Origin: an uncultured Anaerolineales bacterium
Lineage (GTDB): Bacteria > Chloroflexota > Anaerolineae > Anaerolineales > UBA11858
Direction: 5' to 3'
Length of the DNA stretch: 64,000 nucleotides
Assembly: GCA_964481465.1 (NCBI GenBank)
Contig: CAYZTL010000001.1
Span: forward strand, 16,743 to 80,742
The notes beneath the pieces are model-generated. The model had not been told where the DNA came from, did no database searches, and saw only the letters and a list, made by a program, of their open reading frames with translations. Made by a program: the position numbers and the translations under genes. Positions within the stretch are counted from its first letter, which is position 1, and every line of letters starts with the position of its first letter. Below are positions 18,988 to 29,280 of the stretch, one piece after another.

Positions 18988-20634
18988 TTATCGTGTAAAC
19001 GTGCGGCAAAATTCGATACCTGAAAGATCTGCGCGGAATGCTTTGTTGTCAACGACGGCACCAAATCGGATTCGCTCTGGCAAGCGATCGTCTCTCCCAA
19101 CCCGAAATAGTCCGTCCTCTAATTCAACTAACACATCTTCCTGTCCTGATGGGTGAACCAGCATAAGAGTACCCTTCCGAAGGATTACCCGGAGATTTGA
19201 ATACCAGGGGTTATGAGTACGATAGTGCCCAAGAAAAGCTTCCCATCCTTCAGGATGATGGAAGCTTGTCGGACCACCGTATTGTTCGTTTGTGTACCAG
19301 TCCGGGCCATGGAAAGCTTCCACAACTTTTCCATCCTCGCGCCTGAAACGGAGAAGGAAAAGTTCGAAGTCCGGATGATTCACATAGAAACAATCCTGAT
19401 CTCGCTGCTGAAGTTCAATGAGCTCCTCGTTATAGGAAAAGATCAGCCGATCCTCCTTAGATTTCAGTTCGAAAGACCGGGGGCTCACCTTTCGATCATT
19501 ACGAGAGGTAATCTGAAAGGTTCCGACATAATCCTTAGCATTTTCAACCTTGTACTGGTCGATCAGGGGGATTTCGGGAAGAGTCTCCTGATTTAAATTG
19601 GCTCGCGCCAGCTCCAATGCGTATTTGATAATCTCTTCATCCGCATGGTCACCAGGAGCGTTCATAAGCACAACCGACCCCAATCCATCTTCCATATCGA
19701 GAAAAATGAAGGCATAATACCCAACCATCCCTCCTCCGTGATAAAAGCAGGTATGTCCATCTAATTCTCGAACCACAAGCCCATACCCGTAGAAAGAGTC
19801 CTTTCCCTCCCCTGCTGATTCTATTACTGGTGTCGTCATCAGATCAAAACTTTCTTCGGACAAGATACGCTCTTGTGGTCCCTTTCCACGATTCAACAGC
19901 ATGCGCAAGTAGGTTGACATATCAGCAACCGTCGAGGCAAGACTGCCTGCGCCTTCTGCATGTTCTAACCATGTCGCAGGAGCCAGGGGGCGGCTGAGAG
20001 ACAAAGGGCGATCATCATAATAAGCCTCATATCCAACAACCAGTCTGTCGCGCGTCTCGTTCTTGACGATAGGCTCAGTCGATGACATCTCCAAAGGATC
20101 GAGGATTCTTTCCTGAATGATATCCCCATAGGGCTGACCAAGTAGATCCTCAAGAATCACCCCAAGTGTTTTATAGCCTGAATTTGAATAATGGAAAAAA
20201 GTTCCGGGGGGAACAGCAGTCTCTGTCTTGCGTAAAGACCAAACCTCATAGTGCGGATCACCCGGAAAGTCAGGACCGGCGATGATTCCAGCAGTGTGGC
20301 TTAGAAGATGGTGTATCGTGATTGGCTCATAATCAGAATTTACAGAGAACCAAGGAAGGTATCGCGTTATGGGCTCATGAAGATCCAATAAACCTTCCTC
20401 CACCAGCTGCAAGATGGCAATGCTGGTAAAAGATTTCCCAATGGACCCAATCTCAAACAGCATCTCCGGTGAAAGAGGTGTTTCCGCTGCTAGATCAGAA
20501 AAACCATGGGTGGATTCATAAATCTGTTCCTCCCGATTGGTCACCGCCACAGCAACAGCAGGGATATTAAAAACCTTCCTATTCTGATCTATGAATTGGT
20601 CCAATCGGGTGTAAGACTCCTCTGAGTATGTCAT
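18988..20634 (-). CDS. Beta-lactamase-fold serine hydrolase, D-aminopeptidase (DAP)/esterase-like, with about 190-aa C-terminal extension
   Basis: SxxK (SIGKSF) and YxN (YSNSGY) motifs of class-C/PBP-like hydrolases. The 548-aa length is compatible with multi-domain DAP-type enzymes. Confidence 0.85.
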   Translation of the reverse strand: MTYSEESYTRLDQFIDQNRKVFNIPAVAVAVTNREEQIYESTHGFSDLAAETPLSPEMLFEIGSIGKSFTSIAILQLVEEGLLDLHEPITRYLPWFSVNSDYEPITIHHLLSHTAGIIAGPDFPGDPHYEVWSLRKTETAVPPGTFFHYSNSGYKTLGVILEDLLGQPYGDIIQERILDPLEMSSTEPIVKNETRDRLVVGYEAYYDDRPLSLSRPLAPATWLEHAEGAGSLASTVADMSTYLRMLLNRGKGPQERILSEESFDLMTTPVIESAGEGKDSFYGYGLVVRELDGHTCFYHGGGMVGYYAFIFLDMEDGLGSVVLMNAPGDHADEEIIKYALELARANLNQETLPEIPLIDQYKVENAKDYVGTFQITSRNDRKVSPRSFELKSKEDRLIFSYNEELIELQQRDQDCFYVNHPDFELFLLRFRREDGKVVEAFHGPDWYTNEQYGGPTSFHHPEGWEAFLGHYRTHNPWYSNLRVILRKGTLMLVHPSGQEDVLVELEDGLFRVGRDDRLPERIRFGAVVDNKAFRADLSGIEFCRTFTR

Positions 20635-20674
20635 TTAATGATCTCTCTTCTGCTTTAGCATGAGAATTGTGAGT

Positions 20675-21655
20675 TTAATTACTGTGTTCTTCCGCAATTT
20701 TCAAAAGTAAAGGGATTTCTACATTGCTGCCACTTACAACCACGGCTGCGTTGTTCCCCAACTTGTCCACTTTTTTTTGAAGAACAGCCGCAATACCCAC
20801 CGCCCCGCCCCCTTCAACGACAAGATGATGTTGCTCCAGGGCAAAGATCATAGCTTCAGCAATCGCTTTTTCTGAGACCAAAACAACATCGTCAACGTAC
20901 TCCTGGGTCATTCGGAAGGTATACTGGTTATTCTCACCGAGGCCCCCTGCCAATGCATGGGCAATGGTCTCTTCTTCTTCCATCTCTATCGGCTTGCCGG
21001 CTTTCAAGCTGTAATACATCACGGGGGCGCGTTCCATTGACACACCAATTACCTGGATATCTGGGTTGGCTGTCTTCAGGGCTAAAGCAATCCCACACAA
21101 CAACCCGCCTCCTGCCAGAGGCACAATGGCTGTATCAATCTCGGGGAGGTCCTCCAGCAACTCCAAGCCGATGGTGCCTTGACCAGCAATGACATAAGGA
21201 TCATCAAACGAGTCAATCATGGTCAGACCCTGCTCTTCCGCCAACTGCAAGGCACGATCCACAGATTCATCGTAGCTCTCACCATACACCTCGACGTGGG
21301 CACCGTGACGGCTGATTGCAGCTACCTTATTATCGGGAGACTTTGTGGATACACAGATCACGGCATTTACATTTAACCTATTTGCCATGTAAGCAACCGC
21401 TTTGCCATGATTACCGCTGGATCCGGTAACAACACCCCGAGCTCTTTCCTCCGGCGTGAGATTGAGCATCTTATTAGCAGCCCCGCGAACCTTAAACGAG
21501 CCTGTCTCCTGCAGATTCTCAAGTTTTAAGTGAACCGAACCGCAAGCACGATCCACCATCGTCGGAGAGTTGACAAGCGGGGTTCTCCGGATGATAGGTG
21601 TAATTTTCTTTCTCGCCTGGTATATATCGCGTAACGTCACATCTGGAACAGTCAT
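20675..21655 (-). CDS. PLP-dependent threonine/serine ammonia-lyase family protein (dehydratase or racemase-like)
   Basis: LENLQETGSFKVRGAANK (PLP Lys), GSSGNHG, GGGGL glycine loop. 326 aa with no ACT regulatory domain. Confidence 0.85.
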   Translation of the reverse strand: MTVPDVTLRDIYQARKKITPIIRRTPLVNSPTMVDRACGSVHLKLENLQETGSFKVRGAANKMLNLTPEERARGVVTGSSGNHGKAVAYMANRLNVNAVICVSTKSPDNKVAAISRHGAHVEVYGESYDESVDRALQLAEEQGLTMIDSFDDPYVIAGQGTIGLELLEDLPEIDTAIVPLAGGGLLCGIALALKTANPDIQVIGVSMERAPVMYYSLKAGKPIEMEEEETIAHALAGGLGENNQYTFRMTQEYVDDVVLVSEKAIAEAMIFALEQHHLVVEGGGAVGIAAVLQKKVDKLGNNAAVVVSGSNVEIPLLLKIAEEHSN

Positions 21656-21676
21656 TCACACCCTCACATAATGATG

Positions 21677-23260
21677 TCACAGAACTTTTCCGGGCAGGGC
21701 TCCACTGTGCTCGCCTTGATCAATCACTACCTCCCCATTAACGATGACATAAGGAATGCCCTCGGGGTACTGATGGGGAGCAGTGTAGGTTGCTGTGTCG
21801 GCAATCGTCAGGTCATCAAACAGAACCAGGTCGGCCCAAGCTCCTTCCCGGATCACCCCTCGGTCTTCCAGACCAAACCGCTCTGCGGTCATCAAAGTCA
21901 TTTTATGTACTGCTTCTTCCAGTGACAGCACTTTTTCCTCACGCACATAATGTCCCAAAACCCGAGGGAAAGTACCATAGCATCTCGGATGTGGCTTGCT
22001 TTTAGACAATACACCGTAAGGGGCCAGTGCTTCCCCGTCGCTGGCTACAACAACTAAGGGGTGACTCAGCAATCTACGTACATTTTCTTCCAACTGCCCA
22101 AAACATACACACTCCACCTGTCCCTCGCTGATCACAATCAGGTCAAAGGCTGTTTCAAGCGGGTCTTTTTCCCAATCCGCCGCTATTTCCACGATAGTTT
22201 TACCCTGCACATCCGGGCGAGGTGGACAATCAGTGATCATGAGGTCAGACCAATCACGCATGCCACCGCGATTTTCCCACTCATCCCGATTCGCTTGCCA
22301 ATCTTTTTTGAGTTGAACTCGTACTGCGGGATCAGCCAGTCTTTCTCCAACAGCTTTTCCTCCACCAGCTTGAGCCCAGTAAGGGAGAATGTAAGCAAGC
22401 CAACTCACACCAGCATCGTAGGGATACTGGTCACAACCTAACCTCAACCCCTTTGATGCCGCGTCTTCAAGCATGGTCACTAACTGATCCACGTCTCCCC
22501 AATTCCGGTAGCCCTCCAGTTTGATATGAGAAATCTGCACCCGGATCCCTGCTCGATCGCCGATTTCAACCGCTTCCGACACAGCCTCGAGAAGATGGTT
22601 TGTCTCACTGCGAATGTGAGAGGCATAGATGCCCCCATGGTTCGTAACCACTTTCGCCAAACCAATGACTTCTTCAGTTTTCGCGTAAAAGCCCGGGGGA
22701 TAAAACAGGCCGGTGGACATACCACACGCTCCCTGCTCCATAGCCTGCTCTACGCGTTTCTCCATTTCGCTCTGCTGCTCAGGCGTAGGCTGCACATCGT
22801 CATACCCTAAAACCCCGCCTCGGATTGTGTTATGACCAACCAAGGGCACAACATGTACAGCTGTCCCTTTCTCTCGTAGCTTCTCCCTATATTCAGCCAT
22901 CGTCGTCCAGGACACATCCACGCCAATGTCTTGGGCTGCTGCCCGTGCTTCGTGTTTTGCCGCACCGATCAATGGGGCTGGCGAATCCCCACAGTTACCA
23001 ATAATTTCCGTAGTGACCCCCTGGCGAATCTTGCTCTCGGCGCGCGGTTCAACCAGCAAAGTCAAATCAGAATGCGTGTGTGGATCTATGAAACCAGGAG
23101 CTAATGTCAAACCGCTTGCGTCTATAGTTCGCCTGGATTCCTGTTCAATGTCCTGAGAGATTTTTTCAATGCGCTTAGCTACAACCGCAACATCGGCACT
23201 GAAAGCTTGTTTGCCAGTGCCGTCAATCACAGATGCGTTTTTTATTAGAAGATCTAACAT
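21677..23260 (-). CDS. N-acyl-D-amino-acid deacylase (D-aminoacylase) family amidohydrolase
   Basis: N-terminal LLIKNASVIDGTG...GFIDPHTHSD (HxH metal site); 527 aa; family-typical layout. Confidence 0.85.
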   Translation of the reverse strand: MLDLLIKNASVIDGTGKQAFSADVAVVAKRIEKISQDIEQESRRTIDASGLTLAPGFIDPHTHSDLTLLVEPRAESKIRQGVTTEIIGNCGDSPAPLIGAAKHEARAAAQDIGVDVSWTTMAEYREKLREKGTAVHVVPLVGHNTIRGGVLGYDDVQPTPEQQSEMEKRVEQAMEQGACGMSTGLFYPPGFYAKTEEVIGLAKVVTNHGGIYASHIRSETNHLLEAVSEAVEIGDRAGIRVQISHIKLEGYRNWGDVDQLVTMLEDAASKGLRLGCDQYPYDAGVSWLAYILPYWAQAGGGKAVGERLADPAVRVQLKKDWQANRDEWENRGGMRDWSDLMITDCPPRPDVQGKTIVEIAADWEKDPLETAFDLIVISEGQVECVCFGQLEENVRRLLSHPLVVVASDGEALAPYGVLSKSKPHPRCYGTFPRVLGHYVREEKVLSLEEAVHKMTLMTAERFGLEDRGVIREGAWADLVLFDDLTIADTATYTAPHQYPEGIPYVIVNGEVVIDQGEHSGALPGKVL

Positions 23261-23396
23261 ATTTATCTTTTTATCTTTCCCAACTGAATTGCCCAGATCA
23301 TTTGGTATTAATGATTACTCTTTCCAGCAACATCCGTAAAATGGTGTAATTCAAAATCAAGATATAAATCAGTGACGAAAAGTTGATTATACTTTT

Positions 23397-24431
23397 TTAG
23401 ATTGCTTGCCCATTGTTTGCATCAACAAGTAAGCAGGCTGCCTGGTGCTGAACGCCAACGTTCTCCAAGGCCGGCTCGATTTGCGAGCATTTATCAACAG
23501 CTATTGGACAGCGTGGATGAAACCGGCAGCCTGAAGGTAAATCAATGGGATTAGGCGTTTCACCTTCGAGGATCGTTCTTTCTCGGCGGCGGCGAGGATT
23601 CGGGACCGGGATTACAGAAAGAAGCGCTTTAGTATAGGGATGTTTGGGATCTTCCAATACCTGATTGGTGGGTCCAACTTCCATGATTGAACCCAAATAC
23701 ATCACGGCAATCCGGTCGGTAAAGTATGCGGCAGTTGCCAGGTCATGGGTGATGTAAAGGATGGTGATCCCGTGCTCATTACGTAGTTTGAGCAACAAGT
23801 TGAGAATCTGAGCCCGAATAGAAACATCAAGCATGGAAACTGGCTCGTCTGCAATCAGCAACTCAGGATCCAGTACTAACGCACCCGCGATGACCACTCG
23901 CTGCCGCTGCCCTCCTGATAACTCTTCAGGATAGCGATCTAAAAAGGCATCCGGGGGTTCAAGTCCAGCATCCACCAACGCTGTCTTAACCTTGTTGACT
24001 TTTTCTTCGCGATTTCTAACCAGATTATGCACTACCAAAGGCTCGGCTACTGAATCAAACACCGTCTGGCGTGGATTAAGCGATTCGTACGGATCCTGGA
24101 AAATAATTTGTACCTGCCGTCGAAGCTTCAACCGGTCACCACTACTGACAAGTTCAGGGACATTTTGCTGTTTAAACAGAATATTTCCCTCTGTTGGCTC
24201 AACCAAGCCCAGCACATTCAATGCGATCGTGGTTTTTCCCGATCCCGACTCGCCAACTAAACCTAAAATTTCACCTTTGGCGAGGGATAAGCTAACCCCA
24301 TCCACCGCACGAATATAGCGATCACTTCTACCAAGCAAAGTACCCACGATACCTTGGGATAATGGGAAATATGTCCGTAAATTATTGATTTGTAAAACTT
24401 TCTCATGTTGTGGTTGTGAGCTTTGATTCAT
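23397..24431 (-). CDS. Peptide ABC transporter ATP-binding protein (DppF/OppF-like)
   Basis: Walker A GESGSGKTT, signature LSGGQRQR, Walker B LLIADEPVSMLD, and the C-terminal oligopeptide-ATPase extension with Cys motif (GCRFHPRCP). Confidence 0.9.
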   Translation of the reverse strand: MNQSSQPQHEKVLQINNLRTYFPLSQGIVGTLLGRSDRYIRAVDGVSLSLAKGEILGLVGESGSGKTTIALNVLGLVEPTEGNILFKQQNVPELVSSGDRLKLRRQVQIIFQDPYESLNPRQTVFDSVAEPLVVHNLVRNREEKVNKVKTALVDAGLEPPDAFLDRYPEELSGGQRQRVVIAGALVLDPELLIADEPVSMLDVSIRAQILNLLLKLRNEHGITILYITHDLATAAYFTDRIAVMYLGSIMEVGPTNQVLEDPKHPYTKALLSVIPVPNPRRRRERTILEGETPNPIDLPSGCRFHPRCPIAVDKCSQIEPALENVGVQHQAACLLVDANNGQAI

Positions 24432-24436
24432 AATTA

Positions 24437-26326
24437 TTACTCAACCAGGTGACAGGCTACATAGTGGTCCGTGTCGACACGTTTCAGTTTTGGCGTCTTT
24501 TCGCTACAAATATCAATCTTGCGATGGCAGCGAGGTTCAAAACGACATCCCGTCGGCAACGTATCAAGTGAGGGCGGGAAGCCAGGAATTGTGGCTAAAT
24601 CTGAGTTGGGTTTATCTATATCAGGAAAAGCTTCAAGGAGCCGCTGAGTATAGGGGTGTTGGGGGTCGTTATAGATAGTGTCTACACTCGCGTACTCTGC
24701 AGTTTTGCCACAGTACATTACCAACACTTCATCGCATACTTCGGCAACTACCCCTAAATTGTGGGTTACCATGATAATAGATAATCCCAAATCTTTCTGC
24801 AGATCCTGTAATAGATCAAGAATTTGAGCTTGGATCATGACATCAAGAGCAGTAGTCGGTTCATCGGTAATCAGAATATCAGGCGAGCAGGACAAGGCCA
24901 TGGCGATCATCGCTCGTTGACGCATCCCGCCGCTGTATTGATGAGGGTACTGATTAGCTAAAGCGGGAGAGATTCCTACTCGCTCTAACAACTCCTGGAC
25001 GCGATGTTCGGCAGATTTTCTGTCGGTGCGTTTTCCATGAAGCATAATCGATTCCGCAATTTGATCGCCAACCTTTCGCACAGGATTGAGAGCATTCATT
25101 GCTCCTTGGAACACGAGAGATATATCATTCCATCTATACTCTCGCATTTCTTGTTCAGAAATTTTCAAGAGATCGTTATCCTTATAACGAATTTCGCCTG
25201 ATGTAATTCGCCCTTCGGCGGGAAGCAATCGCAACACACCAAGCATAGCCGTAGTTTTCCCACATCCACTTTCACCTACCAACCCCAGTATGCTTCCTTT
25301 CTTCAAGCTAAAACTTAAATCTTCTACCGCTTGCAGCTCGGTCTCATCATCAAGCAAATAACTGACAGAAAGATTCCGCACGCCTAATATCTCGTTTTCC
25401 TTTTCGGGTTCCTTTTTAGATTGTTCTCCGACAAATAGGGACAACATGCGGTTTGCATCAAAAAGATGGTGTGTCTCAAGCCTGGGGTTGACGATATCTT
25501 CAAGTGTTCTTCCCAACAGTACTAGTCCCATACTAACCCAGACGATAGCAAATCCCGGAGGTAGTAAAAACCACCAGGCCCTACGGCTGAGACCTCGCTC
25601 AAAGGCGAAATTGAGCATCATGCCCCAGCTTACTAATGTGGGGTCTCCAAGGCCAAGGAAGCTGAGGGAAGATTCAGCGATGATGGCGCCTGATATATCC
25701 AGTACAGACATTGTTAGAACAATAGGGATAACTTGTGGTAGCACATGTCGAAGAATAATGCGGAGATTACTTGCCCCGATCGCTCGTGCGCGTTCAACAA
25801 ATTTGCGTTCCTTGATAGAAACCACTTGTGAGCGAACCAGCCGCGCAATGGATGTCCAACCAAGCAGGCCTATTACCAAAATGATTTTCCACAGCCCTCG
25901 CCCCCACAAAGAGATGATGACCAACATCAATGGCAGAGAGGGTATGACCATGAGGAAATCCACCACCCGCATTAACAAGTTTCCAATCTTGCCCCCATAA
26001 TAACCAGACACCAAGCCAACAGTTGTGCCGAAAAACAATGACATAAAAGAGGCCATAAAGCCAACCATTAAAGAAACACGTGCACCATAGATTAACTGGC
26101 TTAATACGTCCTTACCTGCATCATCACGGCCAAGCAAATGCTCAGAATCAGGCGGAGCGAGAATGTCTCCTGGTTCTACATCGATCTGAACGTCGGGATC
26201 ATAGGGTGCCAGCAAGGGGGCAAATATAGCAACAATTACCACAAATAGAAGCATCAATAACCCGAGTATGCCCATCGGCTTTTGTTGGAAGCCGCTCCAT
26301 ATTTCTTTCACTTGGTTCATAGCCAC
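24437..26326 (-). CDS. Fused peptide ABC transporter permease (DppC-like) and ATP-binding protein (DppD-like)
   Basis: The N-terminal ~300 aa are a membrane domain (ARAIGASNLRIILRHVLPQ EAA-like loop). The C-terminal domain has GESGCGKTT, YSGGMRQR, ILITDEPTTALD and GCRFEPRC. Confidence 0.88.
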   Translation of the reverse strand: MAMNQVKEIWSGFQQKPMGILGLLMLLFVVIVAIFAPLLAPYDPDVQIDVEPGDILAPPDSEHLLGRDDAGKDVLSQLIYGARVSLMVGFMASFMSLFFGTTVGLVSGYYGGKIGNLLMRVVDFLMVIPSLPLMLVIISLWGRGLWKIILVIGLLGWTSIARLVRSQVVSIKERKFVERARAIGASNLRIILRHVLPQVIPIVLTMSVLDISGAIIAESSLSFLGLGDPTLVSWGMMLNFAFERGLSRRAWWFLLPPGFAIVWVSMGLVLLGRTLEDIVNPRLETHHLFDANRMLSLFVGEQSKKEPEKENEILGVRNLSVSYLLDDETELQAVEDLSFSLKKGSILGLVGESGCGKTTAMLGVLRLLPAEGRITSGEIRYKDNDLLKISEQEMREYRWNDISLVFQGAMNALNPVRKVGDQIAESIMLHGKRTDRKSAEHRVQELLERVGISPALANQYPHQYSGGMRQRAMIAMALSCSPDILITDEPTTALDVMIQAQILDLLQDLQKDLGLSIIMVTHNLGVVAEVCDEVLVMYCGKTAEYASVDTIYNDPQHPYTQRLLEAFPDIDKPNSDLATIPGFPPSLDTLPTGCRFEPRCHRKIDICSEKTPKLKRVDTDHYVACHLVE

Positions 26327-26334
26327 GTATTTCC

Positions 26335-27354
26335 TTATTCTGTCCTTACCCTGGGATCCAATATTGAATACAGAAGATCTGCCAGCAAATTAGCGGTGAT
26401 AACGCTGACAGCCAAGAGAAGAAATATCCCCTGCATCATGGGATAATCCCGTTGAGTGACGGCATCATACATTAGCCGCCCTATGCCTGGCCAGGAGAAA
26501 ACGGTCTCTACTTGGATCGCACCACCTACGATATAGCCTAAATTGAGGGCAACAATAGTCACCATGGGCAACATTGCGTTTTTCAATGCATGATCACGTA
26601 GAATTTGGAATGCATTCATACCTTTAGCCTTGGCGGTCAGGATGTAGTCTTCGCTTAGTACTTCCAAAACGCTAGAACGCATGATCATCACATATGAGCT
26701 GGTATATATAATGGCCATAGTAAGCGTAGGTAGAATCAGGTGTTCCCCAACATCAATCCAATATTCCCATCCATGTTCTGGTTTTAATCCTGGTGTGACC
26801 ATTCCTCCTATGGGTAATTGTCCTCCCGCCAAGATGAGGAGAATAATTCCCAAGAAGAATGTGGGGAAAGCCCAAAAGAACAGTGACCAGAGTAAAATGG
26901 ATGTATCTAACCGTGTGCCACGTCGCCAAGCGGCAATTAAACCCAGAACGACACCAAATATAAGTGCTAAGATTTCACCACCCGCCACCAGGAGGACAGT
27001 CCGGCCGACCCTTTCCTTTAATACTTCAGCGACATCTCGGCGGCTGCGATATGAAATACCTAAATTACCTTTCATTAATGCCCGGAAATAAGCGATAAAT
27101 TGTGTATCGAATCCGCCCAGTATATTCCCATTTTTTAATTCATCAATATTTATCCATACAGGTTTATCCAGCCCAAAATCGGCCATGAGCTGTTCCCTAG
27201 CCTCTCTCGTCAAACGCGGGCTACGAGCTATTGACTTGACAGGATCGCCCGGGAGGATCCGGAAAAGAAAAAAATTAAAAATAATCACCACGATCAATGT
27301 AATTGCTCTGAATAAGACTTTACGGGCCAGATAGTTACTGCGTTGCATGGGCAC
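26335..27354 (-). CDS. Peptide ABC transporter permease (DppB/OppB-like)
   Basis: 339 aa, six TM segments, TAKAKGMNAFQILRDHALKNA EAA loop. Confidence 0.9.
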   Translation of the reverse strand: MPMQRSNYLARKVLFRAITLIVVIIFNFFLFRILPGDPVKSIARSPRLTREAREQLMADFGLDKPVWINIDELKNGNILGGFDTQFIAYFRALMKGNLGISYRSRRDVAEVLKERVGRTVLLVAGGEILALIFGVVLGLIAAWRRGTRLDTSILLWSLFFWAFPTFFLGIILLILAGGQLPIGGMVTPGLKPEHGWEYWIDVGEHLILPTLTMAIIYTSSYVMIMRSSVLEVLSEDYILTAKAKGMNAFQILRDHALKNAMLPMVTIVALNLGYIVGGAIQVETVFSWPGIGRLMYDAVTQRDYPMMQGIFLLLAVSVITANLLADLLYSILDPRVRTE

Positions 27355-27408
27355 CTCAAAAAACCCTGGTCAGCTCATTAGAGAAATGAGCTGACCAGGT
27401 GCGGAGAT

Positions 27409-29127
27409 TTACTTTACGGGTTTGATGTATCGCACTAAGGTAGACTTCTTAAGAAGATCTCCCCCGGGTATCTCAGTGACAGTAAATCGATCAGAGCGAT
27501 AAGCCTGTGCCAACTTCGGATAGAGCAGGTTGATATACGGGCGGTCCTCATAAAGTACCTCTTGAGCCTCCCATACCAACTCTTTACGTTCCTCTTTATC
27601 CGTCGTGCGGCCTTGCTCTCGGTAGATTTCGTCATACTCCTCATTACAGTATCCGGAGTCGCTGAGGTAATTCTCAACTGCTTTGCACGTGAAGCAATAG
27701 ATAGCGAAATCAGGATCTGGATCCCATCCCCAACCCCATAAGATCAGGTCGAAGTCCCACGAGGGTTCTAGCAGATCGTAAAGTGCGTCATTATCCATCA
27801 GTGTGGGCGGAGCTGAGATTCCAATGGTAGCTAAATTATTGGAAATAACCTCCAGAACACGTGCTGAGCTACCTGTCTCATCAGAATATAGACGATATTC
27901 CATCGGGTTGCCATCGCTGTCTTCTCGTATTCCATCCCCATCGCTGTCCACATAGCCGGCTTCTTCGAGAAGGCGGTTCGCTTCATCGGGGTCATATGGA
28001 AGAGGATCAGTGTTGGGGCTGACCCATTCACCAAAGGCCGGAGGGAGGATGCTTCCAGCTACATCTCCATATCCCGCATAAGCGATATTGATGATCTCTT
28101 GCTTGTTGATGGCATAATCCATAGCTTTACGCACCACTGGGTCGTTGAGACTTTCTGGTTGAGTGCCGTCCGCGTGAGAGTTGATAACCAGATCGTCTAA
28201 ACTGATCGTGTCCATGACAGCGACTTCTATATTCTCCTCTGCTTGAAGGGGTTCTATCGCCGTGAACGGGATTTCGTCGATCATATCAACTTCGCCAGCC
28301 CGAAGCGCTTGAACCATTGCATCCTCAGTTGCGTATTGCTGGATGATGATGCGATCAATCGGAGGTTTGCCACGGAAATAGTCCTCGAACGCTTCGATGA
28401 TCATATACTCATCTTCCACATACTCCACAAGTTTATAGGGGCCGGTTCCGATGAGGGCGCGAGGGTCCTCAAACTCCACAATTTCATCTTTGGACATGCC
28501 TTCCCATACACTGCGGGGAAGGATCCAGGCGTAATGCAGCCGCGCTGTGGTCATAAGGGCTGTTGGCTCTGATACGGTGATCTGAACTGTAGTAGGATCC
28601 AGGGCAACAACCTCCTCGAATCCCTCCACGTAAAGCTCCAGCGGCCCAATATTTCCATCCATCAGGAAGTTTAGGCTCCAGGCGATATCCTCAGCTGTAC
28701 AGGGTGTTCCGTCGTGAAAGGTCAACCCTTCATGTATATTGAACGTCCAAACCAACCCATCATCAGACACAGACCAATCTTTTGCCAGGCCAGGCTCAAA
28801 AGAGGTTAGCCCACTCCATTCAATCAATCCGTCGTAGAAGAGATAGCGAATATTGTAGGACTCCCACCCGGTGGCTGGATTCATCGCATCCCAAATTGTA
28901 GTGACACCAACTCGCATGGTAACCGGTTCGCTCGGGGTGGATTCTTCCTGTGTGGGTTCTTCCTGAGCAGGTTCAGTCGCTTGGGGTTCTTCCTCTGTGG
29001 GTTCTTCCATCTCCTCCACTGCAGTGGGTTCAACAGTCTCAGTCGAAGGTGTACACGCCGCTAAGACGATCAGGATTAATGTCAGGCAAGCAATTACAGT
29101 AACTAGCTTCGATCCTTTTGTCTTCAT
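27409..29127 (-). CDS. ABC transporter substrate-binding lipoprotein, family 5 (peptide/nickel)
   Basis: Signal peptide with lipobox LAAC, an E/P/T-rich linker, then the SBP_bac_5 layout. 572 aa. Confidence 0.9.
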   Translation of the reverse strand: MKTKGSKLVTVIACLTLILIVLAACTPSTETVEPTAVEEMEEPTEEEPQATEPAQEEPTQEESTPSEPVTMRVGVTTIWDAMNPATGWESYNIRYLFYDGLIEWSGLTSFEPGLAKDWSVSDDGLVWTFNIHEGLTFHDGTPCTAEDIAWSLNFLMDGNIGPLELYVEGFEEVVALDPTTVQITVSEPTALMTTARLHYAWILPRSVWEGMSKDEIVEFEDPRALIGTGPYKLVEYVEDEYMIIEAFEDYFRGKPPIDRIIIQQYATEDAMVQALRAGEVDMIDEIPFTAIEPLQAEENIEVAVMDTISLDDLVINSHADGTQPESLNDPVVRKAMDYAINKQEIINIAYAGYGDVAGSILPPAFGEWVSPNTDPLPYDPDEANRLLEEAGYVDSDGDGIREDSDGNPMEYRLYSDETGSSARVLEVISNNLATIGISAPPTLMDNDALYDLLEPSWDFDLILWGWGWDPDPDFAIYCFTCKAVENYLSDSGYCNEEYDEIYREQGRTTDKEERKELVWEAQEVLYEDRPYINLLYPKLAQAYRSDRFTVTEIPGGDLLKKSTLVRYIKPVK

Positions 29128-29280
29128 TTCTTTCTCCTCATTATTGATAGTTAAAGGGAAATTTGAACTTTATAAGGATAGTACAACTATTGTCATGCAG
29201 TACCTCCTTCCCCCAATATAAACTTCCTCCTTCTTCCTCTATTACAAACCTCCCCTCTGTTTATATAGAACACTATGCGT

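Noticed and set aside
28930-29010. Short imperfect tandem repetition (GGGTTCTTCCT-like units) that might have been a repeat array
   Set aside because: It lies inside the substrate-binding-protein gene and simply encodes the E/P/T-rich lipoprotein linker (EEPTQEES...EPTEEEPQ). No CRISPR-like spacing, or any other repeat array, was seen anywhere in the window.
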